Positions 23,484 through 33,436 of a stretch of DNA of 64,000 bases are shown here, one piece after another. How positions within the stretch are numbered: position 1 is the stretch's first letter; every line of letters starts with the position of its first letter. The stretch is from Eubacterium sp. (GTDB lineage Bacteria > Bacillota > Clostridia > Christensenellales > CAG-314). Location of the stretch: NCBI GenBank assembly GCA_963653425.1, contig CAVJWC010000001.1, positions 55,596 to 119,595 on the forward strand, read 5' to 3'. The position numbers were made by a program, and so were the translations under genes. The notes under the pieces were generated by a model. It ran no database searches. It saw nothing but the letters and a program-made list of their open reading frames with translations, and was not told where the DNA came from.

Positions 23484-25133
23484 ATGGATATAATTTGGGA
23501 ACGATACAACGAATGGCTCAATCACTGCGACGGAGAAATGCACACCGAGCTCGAATCCATGACGCAGGAACAAATGAAAGACGCGTTTTACGCCGAACTC
23601 AAATTCGGAACCGCCGGACTCAGGGGAAAACTCGGAGCAGGCACGGGAAAACTCAACGTTTTTACGGTAGCGAGAGCAACTCTCGGACTTGCCGATTATC
23701 TTAAATCCATAGGAGGCAAGAAGGTTGCCATAAGTTACGACAGCAGAATAAATTCCGACCTTTTTGCCGTAATAAGCGCAGAGGTTCTCGTGGAAAACGG
23801 TATAAACGTAATTATGACGCAGGATATGATGCCCACGCCCTTTATGTCTTACATGATAAGATACTATAAGTGCGACGCGGGAATTATGATTACCGCAAGT
23901 CATAACCCCAAAGAATATAACGGCTATAAGGTTTCGGGAAGGGACGGCTGTCAGATTAACGACGAAACCGCGGAGAAGATTCTTGCCTGCATAGACAGGC
24001 ACGGATATTTCGGAATAAAGAAATTCAGTTTCGAACAGGCTTTGCGTTACGGTATGGTGCGTTACGCGGGAGATGACGTCAGAGAAAGCTATCTTAAAGA
24101 CGTGTGGAATTGCGGAGTTTCTCACGACGCAAAAGGTCTTAAAGTAACTTACAGCGCGCTTAACGGAACGGGCATCAAGCTTATCCCCGAGATTTTCGAA
24201 AAGCTCGGAGTTGACTGTAACTTCGTGGACGTTCAGTGCAAGAAAGACGGAACCTTCAAGACCTGTCCTTATCCCAACCCCGAAAAGCCCGAAGCAATGG
24301 AACTCAGCGTCCTGCAGGCTATAAAGGAAGGTAGCGATATAGTAATCGCGACCGATCCCGACGCCGACAGAGTGGGCGTTGCCGTTATAAAGGACGGAAA
24401 AGCAAGCCTTCTTTCGGGTAACGAAACGGGACTTCTTCTTACCGACTACGTTCTTAAAAACAAAAAGAACGTTTCCCGTCCCATAATCATAAAGAGCATA
24501 GTAACCACACGCCTTACCGAGAAAATCTGTAAAAAATACGGTGCGGAACTGTTTAACGTTTTCACGGGCTTCAAGTATATCGGCGGAAAGATTACCGAGC
24601 TCGAAGAAAAGGGCGAGGCGGACAGATTCGTTCTCGGATTCGAAGAAAGCTACGGCTATCTTGCGGGAAGTTACGTCCGCGATAAAGACGCTATGTCCGC
24701 GTCCATGCTTATATGTGAAATGGCTGCCGATTATAAACGCCAAGGCAAGACTCTTCGCGACGCGATAAACGATATTTACGCCGAATTCGGTCTTGAGGAA
24801 GAAAAACTCGTAAGCTATAAATTCGAAGGCGCGGAGGGAAGCGAAAAGATTAAGGCTATAATGGCTCATTTCAGAAACAATCTTCCAGAAGAGATCTGCG
24901 GACTTAAAGTAATAGAAAAAACCGACTTCCTTACGGACGACACGGGAATGGTCAGATCCAACGTTCTGAGATTCATTCTCGAAAAAGAAGCTCAGATTAT
25001 TCTTCGTCCGTCGGGAACCGAACCTCTGATGAAGGCTTACCTGTCCGCCTGCGGAAACAAAGAAAGCAACGCAATCATTATCGGCGGTATGACGGAATGG
25101 CTTGACCGTCAGGTAAAAAGCGCGATAGAATAA
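23484..25133 (+). CDS. phospho-sugar mutase (phosphoglucomutase/phosphomannomutase family)
   Basis: 549 aa, active-site ITASHNPKEYNGYKV, metal loop DPDADR. RBS GGGAGG. Confidence 0.9.
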   Translation: MDIIWERYNEWLNHCDGEMHTELESMTQEQMKDAFYAELKFGTAGLRGKLGAGTGKLNVFTVARATLGLADYLKSIGGKKVAISYDSRINSDLFAVISAEVLVENGINVIMTQDMMPTPFMSYMIRYYKCDAGIMITASHNPKEYNGYKVSGRDGCQINDETAEKILACIDRHGYFGIKKFSFEQALRYGMVRYAGDDVRESYLKDVWNCGVSHDAKGLKVTYSALNGTGIKLIPEIFEKLGVDCNFVDVQCKKDGTFKTCPYPNPEKPEAMELSVLQAIKEGSDIVIATDPDADRVGVAVIKDGKASLLSGNETGLLLTDYVLKNKKNVSRPIIIKSIVTTRLTEKICKKYGAELFNVFTGFKYIGGKITELEEKGEADRFVLGFEESYGYLAGSYVRDKDAMSASMLICEMAADYKRQGKTLRDAINDIYAEFGLEEEKLVSYKFEGAEGSEKIKAIMAHFRNNLPEEICGLKVIEKTDFLTDDTGMVRSNVLRFILEKEAQIILRPSGTEPLMKAYLSACGNKESNAIIIGGMTEWLDRQVKSAIE

Positions 25134-25218
25134 CCGCTTGTCCGTCGCTCATTTTCCGTGTATTTGCGGAATATAGTTAATATTATCCGCGTTTTAATGC
25201 GGAAAGAGCGGTGGAAAA

Positions 25219-26415
25219 ATGATAGTCTGTAAATTCGGAGGCTCGTCGCTTTCTTCGGAAGAGTCGGTAACAAGAGTCGTTAAAATCGTAAAAAGCTCGC
25301 CCGCAAGACGCTTTATAGTCGTTTCCGCGATGGGTAAAGCTTCCCCCGAAGAAGAAAAGATTACCGACCTTTTAATCAAAGCTTATAACGGAGACGGTTC
25401 GGCTTGGAAAGAAGTGAGATTGCGTCACGAAAAGCTTTGTAAGAGTCTCGGCGTTAAGAACGTGGAACGCGAGCTTGACCACATCGAAAAGCAGTACGAA
25501 TCGGGTTGCGGTTTCGATTATTTCGTTTCGCGCGGCGAGTTTCTTATGGCTAAGATTATTTCCGCTCTTCTCTGTATGCCTTTTATAGACGGAAAGGAAA
25601 TAGCCGTCTTTTCCGATAAGGGAAAGTGGCTTATAAAAGAGACTCTTCTGAAAGCCACGGCAAGTCTTTCGGATTACGATTCGGGCGTGATAGCGGGTTT
25701 TTACGGAGGCGACGAAGAAGGAAACGTTCATCTTTTCGAAAGGGGCGGAAGCGATATATCGGGAGCGATTACGGCTTATGCGGTGGACGCGGAACTTTAC
25801 GAAAACTGGACGGACGTGGACGGTTTTTTGTCGGCTGATCCGCGTTTCAGAGCCGACGCCGAAGTCATAAGATGTCTTTCTTACGGGGAACTTGCCGAGC
25901 TTTCTTATTACGGAGCGGGCGTTCTGCATTATATGTCCGTCCTTCCGCTGACTTATAAGCTTATTCCGCTTTGCGTAAGAAACACATTTGACAGTAACAG
26001 ACAGGGGACGACAGTAACTTACAGAACCGCTCGGGGAGTAAAGGGAGTCGCCGTTAAAGAGGGCGTTTTATACGACGTTCAGGGAGACGCGGAAAAGATA
26101 ACGGCTTGTTGGCCCGACGCGGTGAAAACCGTAAACGGAGTAAGGCTTTTTTCGTCCGATCCGCTGGACGGCAGAAAGCTTGCCCGTTCGGGAGCAGCCA
26201 TGAAAATCAAAATGACCGACGCTTCCGTAATAGCCGCGGCAGGTTGCGATTTTCACGGATTTTGCGAAGTGTGCGCTTTGCTTTCGGAAGAGAAAATTCT
26301 TCCGCTTTTTGCCGAATATACGGGAGGATGCGTGCATTTTGCCGTAGAAAGACGTAAAGCCGATTATTCGGCGGGACTTATTTACGATAAACTTTTGGGA
26401 GATAAGAAACGATAG
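25219..26415 (+). CDS. aspartate kinase
   Basis: 398 aa, N-terminal CKFGGSSL...VVSAMG amino-acid-kinase motifs. Size is right for a monofunctional aspartokinase. Confidence 0.8.
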   Translation: MIVCKFGGSSLSSEESVTRVVKIVKSSPARRFIVVSAMGKASPEEEKITDLLIKAYNGDGSAWKEVRLRHEKLCKSLGVKNVERELDHIEKQYESGCGFDYFVSRGEFLMAKIISALLCMPFIDGKEIAVFSDKGKWLIKETLLKATASLSDYDSGVIAGFYGGDEEGNVHLFERGGSDISGAITAYAVDAELYENWTDVDGFLSADPRFRADAEVIRCLSYGELAELSYYGAGVLHYMSVLPLTYKLIPLCVRNTFDSNRQGTTVTYRTARGVKGVAVKEGVLYDVQGDAEKITACWPDAVKTVNGVRLFSSDPLDGRKLARSGAAMKIKMTDASVIAAAGCDFHGFCEVCALLSEEKILPLFAEYTGGCVHFAVERRKADYSAGLIYDKLLGDKKR

Positions 26416-26419
26416 ATAA

Positions 26420-27265
26420 ATGTGGGACGTTATTTGGGACGCGTTAAAGGATTCGCTGAAAGTGTTTCCGTTTATATTCCTCGTGTACGTGCTGATAGAA
26501 CTGCTCGAAGAAAAGCTTGAAAAGGGCAATAAGAAAAGCTTTATCGCAGGCAAAGCCGCACCAGTTTTCGCTGCAGCCGTGGGAATTATTCCTCAGTGCG
26601 GTTTTTCCGTTATGGCGGCAAAGCTTTACGACAGGAAAATGATTACCACGGGAACCGTACTTTCCGTTTTTATAGCGACGAGCGACGAAGCCGTTGTTAT
26701 CCTTCTGACCAACGGAACGAAAATAGCTTCGATATTGCCTTTACTGTCCATAAAACTCGTTTTCGCAATACTCGTAGGTCTTATAACCAACGCCGTTCTT
26801 AAAGAGAAAACGGAAACTTTCGTGGACGACGAATGTATGTGCGGTCACGAACACAAAGAAAGCAAAGTCAAAAAATATCTGTTGCATCCGCTCGGACACG
26901 CCGCGCAGGTGTTTGCCTATATACTTGCGGTAAACCTCGTTTTCGGGATAATAGTCTATCTTGCGGGAGAAGAAAGCTTTATAGCGTTTATCTCGGGAAG
27001 TCACGCCTTTCAGCCGATACTGACCTGTCTTATAGGGTTGATTCCAAACTGCGCTTCTTCGGTTATAATAACGCAGGCGTACATTCTCGGCGGAATATCT
27101 TTCGGAAGCTGTCTTGCGGGGCTTTGCGTGAACGCGGGGCTCGGATACGCGGTGCTTCTTAAAAACAAAACCTACCTTAAAAGAAACCTTCTTTTAATAG
27201 GCTTTACCTTCGTTCTGAGCGTTGCGCTCGGATATATTACCGACCTTATAGCAAGCGTTTTATAG
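26420..27265 (+). CDS. polytopic permease with internal duplication (possibly ArsP_2/10TM-exporter-like)
   Basis: 281 aa, about 8-10 TM. Two homologous half-motifs, GIIPQCGFSVMAAKLY and GLIPNCASSVIITQAY. The family name is from memory only. Confidence 0.6.
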   Translation: MWDVIWDALKDSLKVFPFIFLVYVLIELLEEKLEKGNKKSFIAGKAAPVFAAAVGIIPQCGFSVMAAKLYDRKMITTGTVLSVFIATSDEAVVILLTNGTKIASILPLLSIKLVFAILVGLITNAVLKEKTETFVDDECMCGHEHKESKVKKYLLHPLGHAAQVFAYILAVNLVFGIIVYLAGEESFIAFISGSHAFQPILTCLIGLIPNCASSVIITQAYILGGISFGSCLAGLCVNAGLGYAVLLKNKTYLKRNLLLIGFTFVLSVALGYITDLIASVL

Positions 27266-27273
27266 GAGAAAAG

Positions 27274-28626
27274 ATGACGCCCGTTGCAGATATGCTTAAA
27301 CGATACGCGGAGAAAAATCCTCTGCGACTTCATATGCCCGGTCATAAAGGAAAATCGGACGATTTTCTCAGCGAGTTTTCGCGTTTCGATCTTACAGAAC
27401 TAAGCCAAACGGACAACCTTTTCGAGCCTTTCGGCGAGATAGCTCGGGCAGAAGAACTTTACGCCGGACTTTTTAACGCAAAACACGCTTACTTTTCGGT
27501 GAACGGAAGTTCCGCGGGCAACTTCGCTTTCGTTGCGGAAAGCAACACGCTTGCTTTGGACAGGCTCAGTCATAAATCTCTTTTTGCCACGGCAAGACTT
27601 ATGAATAAAAACTGCGTCGTTATGGAAAGAAACCTAAGCGGAGGACTGCCCGAACCCGTCAACCTCATCGACGTTAAAAACGCACTCGAACTTTATAAGG
27701 AAATCGACGCTTTCGTACTCACGTCGCCCGATTATTACGGAAGAACGGTAGACTTAGAGCCGATATACGCGTTTTTAAGGAGCAGAGGAGTCAGGCTTTT
27801 CGTGGATTCCGCCCACGGCGCGCATTTCGGATTATCGCCCTTTCTTCCCAAAAACGCAGTGAACTTCTGCGACGCGTGTATCGTTTCCGTCCATAAAACT
27901 CTCGGCGGACTTAATCAGACGGCTGTTCTCTTGTCAAATGCGGACGATACGGAGTCTCTTCGGGATAAGTTCTATTCGTTTATGACAACAAGTCCGTCTT
28001 TCGGGCTTATGGCAAGCATAGATATTGCCCGCGAATACGCTTCCGAAAACTCATATAAATACGAAAATATAAGAGAACGCAAGCTGATTTTTGAAGAGCG
28101 AATAAAAGAACTCGGACTTTTCCTCGAAAAAAACGACGACTTTACGCGCGTGGTAATAAACTGCTCGGCTTGGAAAATCCCTGCGGAAGACATAAGTGCT
28201 TTTCTTGAAAAAGAAAACGTGTTTTTCGAGATGGCGGACGACGTAAGACTTGTCGCGATAATAACGCTTTACGACGACGAAGACGTTTTCGACAGGCTTT
28301 TTGTCGCGCTTAAAAAAGTCCGCGAAAATCTGAAAGACGTTAACGTTACGTCTCGTGCGGAAGGTTTTGCGAAAACGAATTATAAGGCTTTGCCGTCGGC
28401 TTTTATGCTTAAAAGAGGCGGAAAGGTTAAAGAAGTCCCGATTTACGAGGCAGAAGGTATGATTTCGGCTCAGACGGTACTGAAAATGCCTCCGTGCGTG
28501 CCGATTGTACTTGACGGAGAAGTCGTGACTAAGGAAGCGATAGCCGAGACTTGCGCGTTTAACGCAAAGCTCGGAAAAGAAAAGAAAACGCTTAAGGTGA
28601 GATATGAAAGGATTGATAACGATTGA
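27274..28626 (+). CDS. Orn/Lys/Arg decarboxylase family PLP enzyme (YaaO-like)
   Basis: 450 aa, HMPGHKG near the N-terminus and SVHKTL (PLP lysine). Sits upstream of tmk-holB-yaaT, as yaaO does in Bacillus. Confidence 0.85.
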   Translation: MTPVADMLKRYAEKNPLRLHMPGHKGKSDDFLSEFSRFDLTELSQTDNLFEPFGEIARAEELYAGLFNAKHAYFSVNGSSAGNFAFVAESNTLALDRLSHKSLFATARLMNKNCVVMERNLSGGLPEPVNLIDVKNALELYKEIDAFVLTSPDYYGRTVDLEPIYAFLRSRGVRLFVDSAHGAHFGLSPFLPKNAVNFCDACIVSVHKTLGGLNQTAVLLSNADDTESLRDKFYSFMTTSPSFGLMASIDIAREYASENSYKYENIRERKLIFEERIKELGLFLEKNDDFTRVVINCSAWKIPAEDISAFLEKENVFFEMADDVRLVAIITLYDDEDVFDRLFVALKKVRENLKDVNVTSRAEGFAKTNYKALPSAFMLKRGGKVKEVPIYEAEGMISAQTVLKMPPCVPIVLDGEVVTKEAIAETCAFNAKLGKEKKTLKVRYERIDND

Positions 28627-29230
28627 AGGCTGTGAAGGCGTAGGAAAAAGCACCCAGCTTCGTATGCTTGCGAATTATTGCAAAAACCACGGAATAGACG
28701 CTCTTTTTACGCGTGAACCCGGCGGAAGTAAAGTTGCCGAAAGTATAAGAAGAATCATTCTCGACGCGAGAAACTCTTCCATGTCTGACGGTTGCGAAGC
28801 TCTTTTATACGCGGCGGCAAGAAATCAGCACGTCCGCGAGATAATAATTCCCGCGCTTAACGCAAACAAAACGGTTTTTTGCGACCGTTATATAGACAGC
28901 ACTTTCGCTTATCAGGGAATAGCCCGCGGACTGGGGGCGGAGTTCGTAGATAAGCTCAACGCCATGGCTGTGGGCGAGTATTATCCCGAACTTACGATTT
29001 TTCTCGATCTGAAACCCGAAGAAGCCTTTGCCCGTAAAGGCGGTCCCAATAAAAAAGACCGTCTCGAAATTCAGGGAAGCGAGTTTTTCAGGAAGGTTTA
29101 CGAAGGTTACCTTCTTGCCGCCGAAAGAGAACCTCAGAGAATAGTCCGTATCGACGCGTCGGGAACTATCGAAAAAACCCACGAAATCATAGTGGATTTA
29201 CTTATAAAAAAGGGTATAATAAATGGCTGA
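28604..29230 (+). CDS. tmk: thymidylate kinase
   Basis: 208 aa, P-loop EGCEGVGKST, DRY motif. 23-nt overlap with the upstream gene. Confidence 0.93.
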   Translation: MKGLITIEGCEGVGKSTQLRMLANYCKNHGIDALFTREPGGSKVAESIRRIILDARNSSMSDGCEALLYAAARNQHVREIIIPALNANKTVFCDRYIDSTFAYQGIARGLGAEFVDKLNAMAVGEYYPELTIFLDLKPEEAFARKGGPNKKDRLEIQGSEFFRKVYEGYLLAAEREPQRIVRIDASGTIEKTHEIIVDLLIKKGIING

Positions 29231-30197
29231 ACTGCTTGAAATCGCGCGTCAATCTACGGAGTTCCGGAAGCTTTTAAGGGACAAAGAAAACGGAAAGCTT
29301 TACCACGGTTATATAATCGAAAGTCTTGACGCGAAATACGCCGACGCTTTTATAAAGGCGACGGAAATGCTTTTTATGTGCGAAAAGAACGGCTGTGGCG
29401 AATGCAACGTCTGCCGTAAGATTTCCGCGGGCGTTCACGTGGACGTTTTTGCCTTTCCGAGCGGAGGAAGAAAGATAATCAGCGCGAAAGACGATATTGC
29501 GATTTTCCGCAACGCCTACGCTTTCAAACCTCTTGAAGGCGGAGCGAGAGTGTTCGTGTTCGATTCGGTAAGTTCGGTTCGCGACGACTGGCAAAACAAA
29601 ATGCTTAAGTCTCTCGAAGAACCTGTTTTAGGCAATTACATTCTGATTAAAACCGACGGCGCGGAAAGACTTCTGCCAACGGTGAGAAGCCGTTGCGAAC
29701 TTATAAGGCTTTCGGGACTTAGCGAAGGAGAAACGACGCTACTGCTTACGAAAGATGGCTTTGACGAAATTACCGCTCAGGAAGCAAGCTGGCTCTTTGA
29801 CGGGAACTACACTCTGTCGGAAGCTTTCGTTTCGGGCGGAACGGGAAGGAAGATTACCGACGAACTGATGGGCGTTCTTACGGGTTGCCGTTCGAGTAAA
29901 GATTGCGTAAGGTACGTTTCCGTTCTCGGCGGTATGAAAGACGATAAAGACGCTTTTTTTGCGGTAATTTCGGCGATATTCCGTAAACTTATCGGATTTT
30001 ACTGCGGAAAGGAAATATATTTCAGGCAACGCGAATTCGAAACGCTTAAAGAGATTTATTCTCTGAAAAGCGCGGGAGAAATCGCTCGGTTGCTTATAAA
30101 AGAAAAAAGAAGAGCGGAGCAAAACGTTTCTTTTCAGGCGATAGCCGACGATTTGCTTCTTTCGATGATGGAGGTTAAATACAGATGCCGACAATAG
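29223..30197 (+). CDS. holB: DNA polymerase III subunit delta'
   Basis: 324 aa. Degenerate clamp-loader AAA+ fold with a Zn-module CGECNVCRKI and the SRC motif (VRSRC). Conserved position after tmk. Confidence 0.85.
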   Translation: MAELLEIARQSTEFRKLLRDKENGKLYHGYIIESLDAKYADAFIKATEMLFMCEKNGCGECNVCRKISAGVHVDVFAFPSGGRKIISAKDDIAIFRNAYAFKPLEGGARVFVFDSVSSVRDDWQNKMLKSLEEPVLGNYILIKTDGAERLLPTVRSRCELIRLSGLSEGETTLLLTKDGFDEITAQEASWLFDGNYTLSEAFVSGGTGRKITDELMGVLTGCRSSKDCVRYVSVLGGMKDDKDAFFAVISAIFRKLIGFYCGKEIYFRQREFETLKEIYSLKSAGEIARLLIKEKRRAEQNVSFQAIADDLLLSMMEVKYRCRQ

Positions 30198-31069
30198 TAG
30201 GCGTTAGATTCAGGAATGCGGGTAAGATATATTACTTTGATCCGACGAATATACAATTCAGTCGAGGCGACGGCGTTATAGTGGAAACGGTAAGAGGCGT
30301 TGAGTACGGTAAAGTCGTTATCGCCAACAAAGAAGTCGATGAAAAAGAAATCGTCGGACAACTTAAACCCGTTATGCGCATAGCTACAGAGGAAGACAAA
30401 AAACAGTACGAAAACAATCTGCTTAAACGGGAAGAAGCCATGAAAGTCTGCCGTGAAAAAATCAAAAAGCACGGCTTGGATATGAAGCTTATCGACGTTG
30501 AATTTACTTTCGACAATTCCAAAGTCATCTTTTATTTCGAGTCGGAAGGAAGAGTGGATTTCAGAAATCTTGCCAAAGACCTTGCAAGTTATTTCAGAAT
30601 AAGAATCGAGCTTCGTCAGATAGGAATAAGAGACGTTACGAAGATAATAGGCGGTCTGGGAAGTTGCGGACGTCCGTGTTGCTGTTCGGCTCACCTCGGC
30701 GACTTTGAAAGAGTGTCCATAAAGATGGCTAAAATTCAGGGCTTGTCGCTTAATCCCACCAAGATAAGCGGTTTGTGCGGAAGACTTATGTGCTGTCTGA
30801 AATACGAAAACGACCATTATACGGAAACTACCCGTCTTATGCCCAAAGTGGGAAGCGAAGTCCGTACGCCCGACGGAAAGGGTATAGTCGACAGCATAAA
30901 CGTCCTTCTGAAAACGGTAAAAGTGAGTTTCGAAAAGGACGGTTCGCAGGACGTAAGAGAGTATAAACTGGGCGACGTTCAGTCCAAAGTAAAGGCGTCC
31001 GAAGTCGAAATCACTAAGGAAGACTTAGCGGATTACGGCGAAGAAGACGAGAAAATGCTCAGAGACTAA
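30185..31069 (+). CDS. yaaT: PSP1 domain protein (YaaT/RicT-like, stage 0 sporulation)
   Basis: 294 aa, PSP1 C-terminal domain with a Cys-rich GSCGRPCCC...LCGRLMCCLKYE segment. Conserved position after holB. Confidence 0.88.
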   Translation: MPTIVGVRFRNAGKIYYFDPTNIQFSRGDGVIVETVRGVEYGKVVIANKEVDEKEIVGQLKPVMRIATEEDKKQYENNLLKREEAMKVCREKIKKHGLDMKLIDVEFTFDNSKVIFYFESEGRVDFRNLAKDLASYFRIRIELRQIGIRDVTKIIGGLGSCGRPCCCSAHLGDFERVSIKMAKIQGLSLNPTKISGLCGRLMCCLKYENDHYTETTRLMPKVGSEVRTPDGKGIVDSINVLLKTVKVSFEKDGSQDVREYKLGDVQSKVKASEVEITKEDLADYGEEDEKMLRD

Positions 31070-31304
31070 AAGTAAAGAAAGTTAAACCGACCTTTCCGTT
31101 CATTATCCGAGCGGTAAGCGTAGGTAAAGAACATTGCGCCTTACGTTCCGTTCGTTACAGGGAACGCCGTAAAGCGGGAAGGAAAGAAGGTTTCGCTTTC
31201 TCAAAGAAAATCAGCGCGGAATTTAATAAAGAGATTAAAGCCCTTTACGGACAAAAAGGTTGATTTGCACAAACAAAAACGACGGGTATTCAACCATAAA
31301 TCTA

Positions 31305-31333
31305 TTGACAATTTTCAGGCGCGATGATATAAT
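31305..31333 (+). promoter_or_regulatory. consensus sigmaA promoter for the ferredoxin gene
   Basis: TTGACA (31305-31310), 17 nt spacer, TATAAT (31328-31333). Confidence 0.7.
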
Positions 31334-31379
31334 GACGATAGCACGAAAAGTGCAAAAAAGTATAAGGAGAATATGAAAA

Positions 31380-31550
31380 ATGCCTCACAAAATCGGAGAT
31401 GAATGTATTAAATGCGGTTCTTGCGCAGCTACCTGCCCCATCGGATGTATTTCCGAAGGCGACGATAAGTACGTTATCGACGCTTCTCAGTGCGTAGATT
31501 GCGGTGCTTGCGCAGCTCAGTGCCCTGTGAATGCAATAACAGGTGAATAA
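31380..31550 (+). CDS. 2x[4Fe-4S] clostridial-type ferredoxin (56 aa; missing from the ORF track)
   Basis: My translation is MPHKIGDECIKCGSCAATCPIGCISEGDDKYVIDASQCVDCGACAAQCPVNAITGE*. It has two CxxCxxCxxxCP motifs. RBS AAGGAGA lies 9 nt upstream, with a consensus promoter before it and hairpins after it. Confidence 0.9.
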   Translation: MPHKIGDECIKCGSCAATCPIGCISEGDDKYVIDASQCVDCGACAAQCPVNAITGE

Positions 31551-31561
31551 TAATTGCAGAA

Positions 31562-31614
31562 AACAAAGTTAAACTTTGTTGAAGGTTGCCCGATACCCGT
31601 TCGGGCGACCTTTA
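31562..31614 (+). terminator. tandem hairpins / terminator after the ferredoxin gene
   Basis: AACAAAGT-ta-ACTTTGTT, then GGTTGCCCGA-tacccgt-TCGGGCGACC followed by TTT. This overlaps the TTG start given in the ORF track for the next gene. Confidence 0.6.
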
Positions 31615-31627
31615 TCAAAATTTAGGT

Positions 31628-32485
31628 ATGAAAAAAGCGTCTTCTCTTCGTTATATATACAAAAACTTTTTCAAGCTGGTTCTTATAGTGGTGATTCCGG
31701 CTGCGTTTTTGGCGCTGTTCAGGTCGGATTATATAATTTCCGACTTTTTCGTTAATTTCGCCAAGAATATCAAAGGTTTTACGATAGAAGACTTTTATAA
31801 AGACGTTTTCAGATATTTTTCTTTCATCAACTTCGACAGTTTCGGAAATTTTATTCTGTGGTTTTTAAGCGCGTCTGTCGCCGTAGTCGGTCTGGGTGCG
31901 CTTTTCAGCGCTGTGGAAAGGCATATGCGCTTGGGCGTTCCCGTTAATTTCAGCCTTGTGCCTCTTATTAACGACAGTCTCGTAATCGTTCTTCCCTTTG
32001 CGGGAGTGGTTTTTCTGAGTTGCGAACTTCTCGGTCTGGTCACGAGCGGTATTATATCTTTGCTTTTTCTTATTATAAAAAGCAAACAGGTTCTTTTTGC
32101 GGTATGTCTTCTGCTCGTGGTAATTCTTTACGCGCTTTATTTTGCGTTCGTCGCGCTGGTATGTCTGTCCGTACCGGCTTCGCTTATAGACGGATACAGC
32201 TTTAATTATTCCGCAGCCACGTCCATCAACCTCGTAAAAGAAAATCTTTTACGGATAACGGCGGCTCTCGTGCTTCCTCTTTTGGGAACCATGCTTGTCG
32301 TAAGCCTGCTGAAATTGCTTTTCTCGCTTTTTTCGCCGACGGCTCAGGACATATGCGGAACGATAACCTGGACGATTGTCTACACTCTCTGGATGGTCTA
32401 TTTCCCCGTTCTGACGATAAGATATTATATGCATCTTACGGGTATGGAACGTATAGATACTCAGTTTATCGTAAGGAGGAAGTAA
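31628..32485 (+). CDS. hypothetical polytopic membrane protein
   Basis: About 6 hydrophobic segments. Start moved to ATG 31628 (MKKASSLRYIYKNF...) because the track start (TTG 31586) lies inside the terminator hairpin. Confidence 0.65.
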   Translation: MKKASSLRYIYKNFFKLVLIVVIPAAFLALFRSDYIISDFFVNFAKNIKGFTIEDFYKDVFRYFSFINFDSFGNFILWFLSASVAVVGLGALFSAVERHMRLGVPVNFSLVPLINDSLVIVLPFAGVVFLSCELLGLVTSGIISLLFLIIKSKQVLFAVCLLLVVILYALYFAFVALVCLSVPASLIDGYSFNYSAATSINLVKENLLRITAALVLPLLGTMLVVSLLKLLFSLFSPTAQDICGTITWTIVYTLWMVYFPVLTIRYYMHLTGMERIDTQFIVRRK

Positions 32486-32488
32486 ACG

Positions 32489-33436
32489 ATGAAAGTGACA
32501 AAAACGCTCAGCCTTTTCGGCTCAAACCGATTATTACTGCTTAAAACGTCTCTTTCGAGATTCGCGGTAATCTTAATATTTCTGTCCGTTCCGATACTTC
32601 TTCTCAACTGCTCGGTAAGCCAGTTTGCGAAATTTATGGACGAGTCCGTGGACGCGCTTTCGCTTCTTACCGAAGAAATGTCGAGCGGTAAGGTCTATTC
32701 CGCGGAAGGATTTTCCGAAGTTTTAAGGAAATTCGTGTTTACGGTCTACGACCTGTTCGATTCGCTTTTCGTGAATTGTCCCGAATACCTTTCAAAACCC
32801 GTCGTTATTTACGTTGGAATAGCGATTTTCTATTTTCTTTTCAGACTGTTTGACGGGCTTTTCGATTTCTCGACGACGGTCGGACTGAAAGAATTTATGA
32901 AGTGCGGAAGACCTTCCCCCTATTTATGGGGAATTTACAAAAACTTCGGTAAATTCATAACTTACGAGCTTCTCTATATCCTCGTAACTACTATTGCCGA
33001 TGCCGTTATATGTTTTGCCGTCATAGGAGCCTACGTTTCCTTTTTGGTAGAACTTAAACTTCTCGGCGTTATAATAACGGTCGTATTCGCTCTTTTATGC
33101 TTTGCGTTCAGAGGAGCCGTATTTGCTTTCTGGGCGGCGGAAAGAGTAGTAGAAGATGAAAGCGTTGGGAAGAGTCTTAAAAATTCGCTTAAACTGATAA
33201 CGGACAGATTTTTCCCCGTCTTCGTATCTACTTTTATAACTCTGCTTCTGTGTCTGACGACTGTAGTTTTATTAAGGCTTTTCGTCGGCAATCCGATAGT
33301 ATCGTGGGTGCTTTCGCTGGCGTCTGTTCTTATATCGGGATACGAACTTCGTTGTATGGATCTCGTGCAGTACGCCGAAGCCAAAGGCAAGCCTTACTTT
33401 ACGAAAAAACTTGATCTGGTGGTAAACAATGGCTGA
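32489..33436 (+). CDS. hypothetical polytopic membrane protein
   Basis: 315 aa, RBS AAGGAGG. 3-nt gap to the upstream gene and 8-nt overlap with the downstream flavoprotein gene. Confidence 0.7.
   Translation: MKVTKTLSLFGSNRLLLLKTSLSRFAVILIFLSVPILLLNCSVSQFAKFMDESVDALSLLTEEMSSGKVYSAEGFSEVLRKFVFTVYDLFDSLFVNCPEYLSKPVVIYVGIAIFYFLFRLFDGLFDFSTTVGLKEFMKCGRPSPYLWGIYKNFGKFITYELLYILVTTIADAVICFAVIGAYVSFLVELKLLGVIITVVFALLCFAFRGAVFAFWAAERVVEDESVGKSLKNSLKLITDRFFPVFVSTFITLLLCLTTVVLLRLFVGNPIVSWVLSLASVLISGYELRCMDLVQYAEAKGKPYFTKKLDLVVNNG

Noticed and set aside
23307-24869. A 520-aa ORF on the minus strand, fully antisense to the phosphohexomutase gene. Similar long antisense ORFs occur at 36325-37272 and 37369-38589 (antisense to tdh/kbl), 39971-40957 (pepT), 50216-51199 (lipoprotein) and 59552-60601 (subtilase).
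   Set aside because: In every case the opposite strand carries unmistakable family motifs (ASHNP, Zn-ADH, PLP-Lys, M20, S8). The antisense translations are low-complexity, rich in F, V, R and S, and have no RBS or motifs. They look like stop-codon-poor shadows caused by the codon bias of the real genes.
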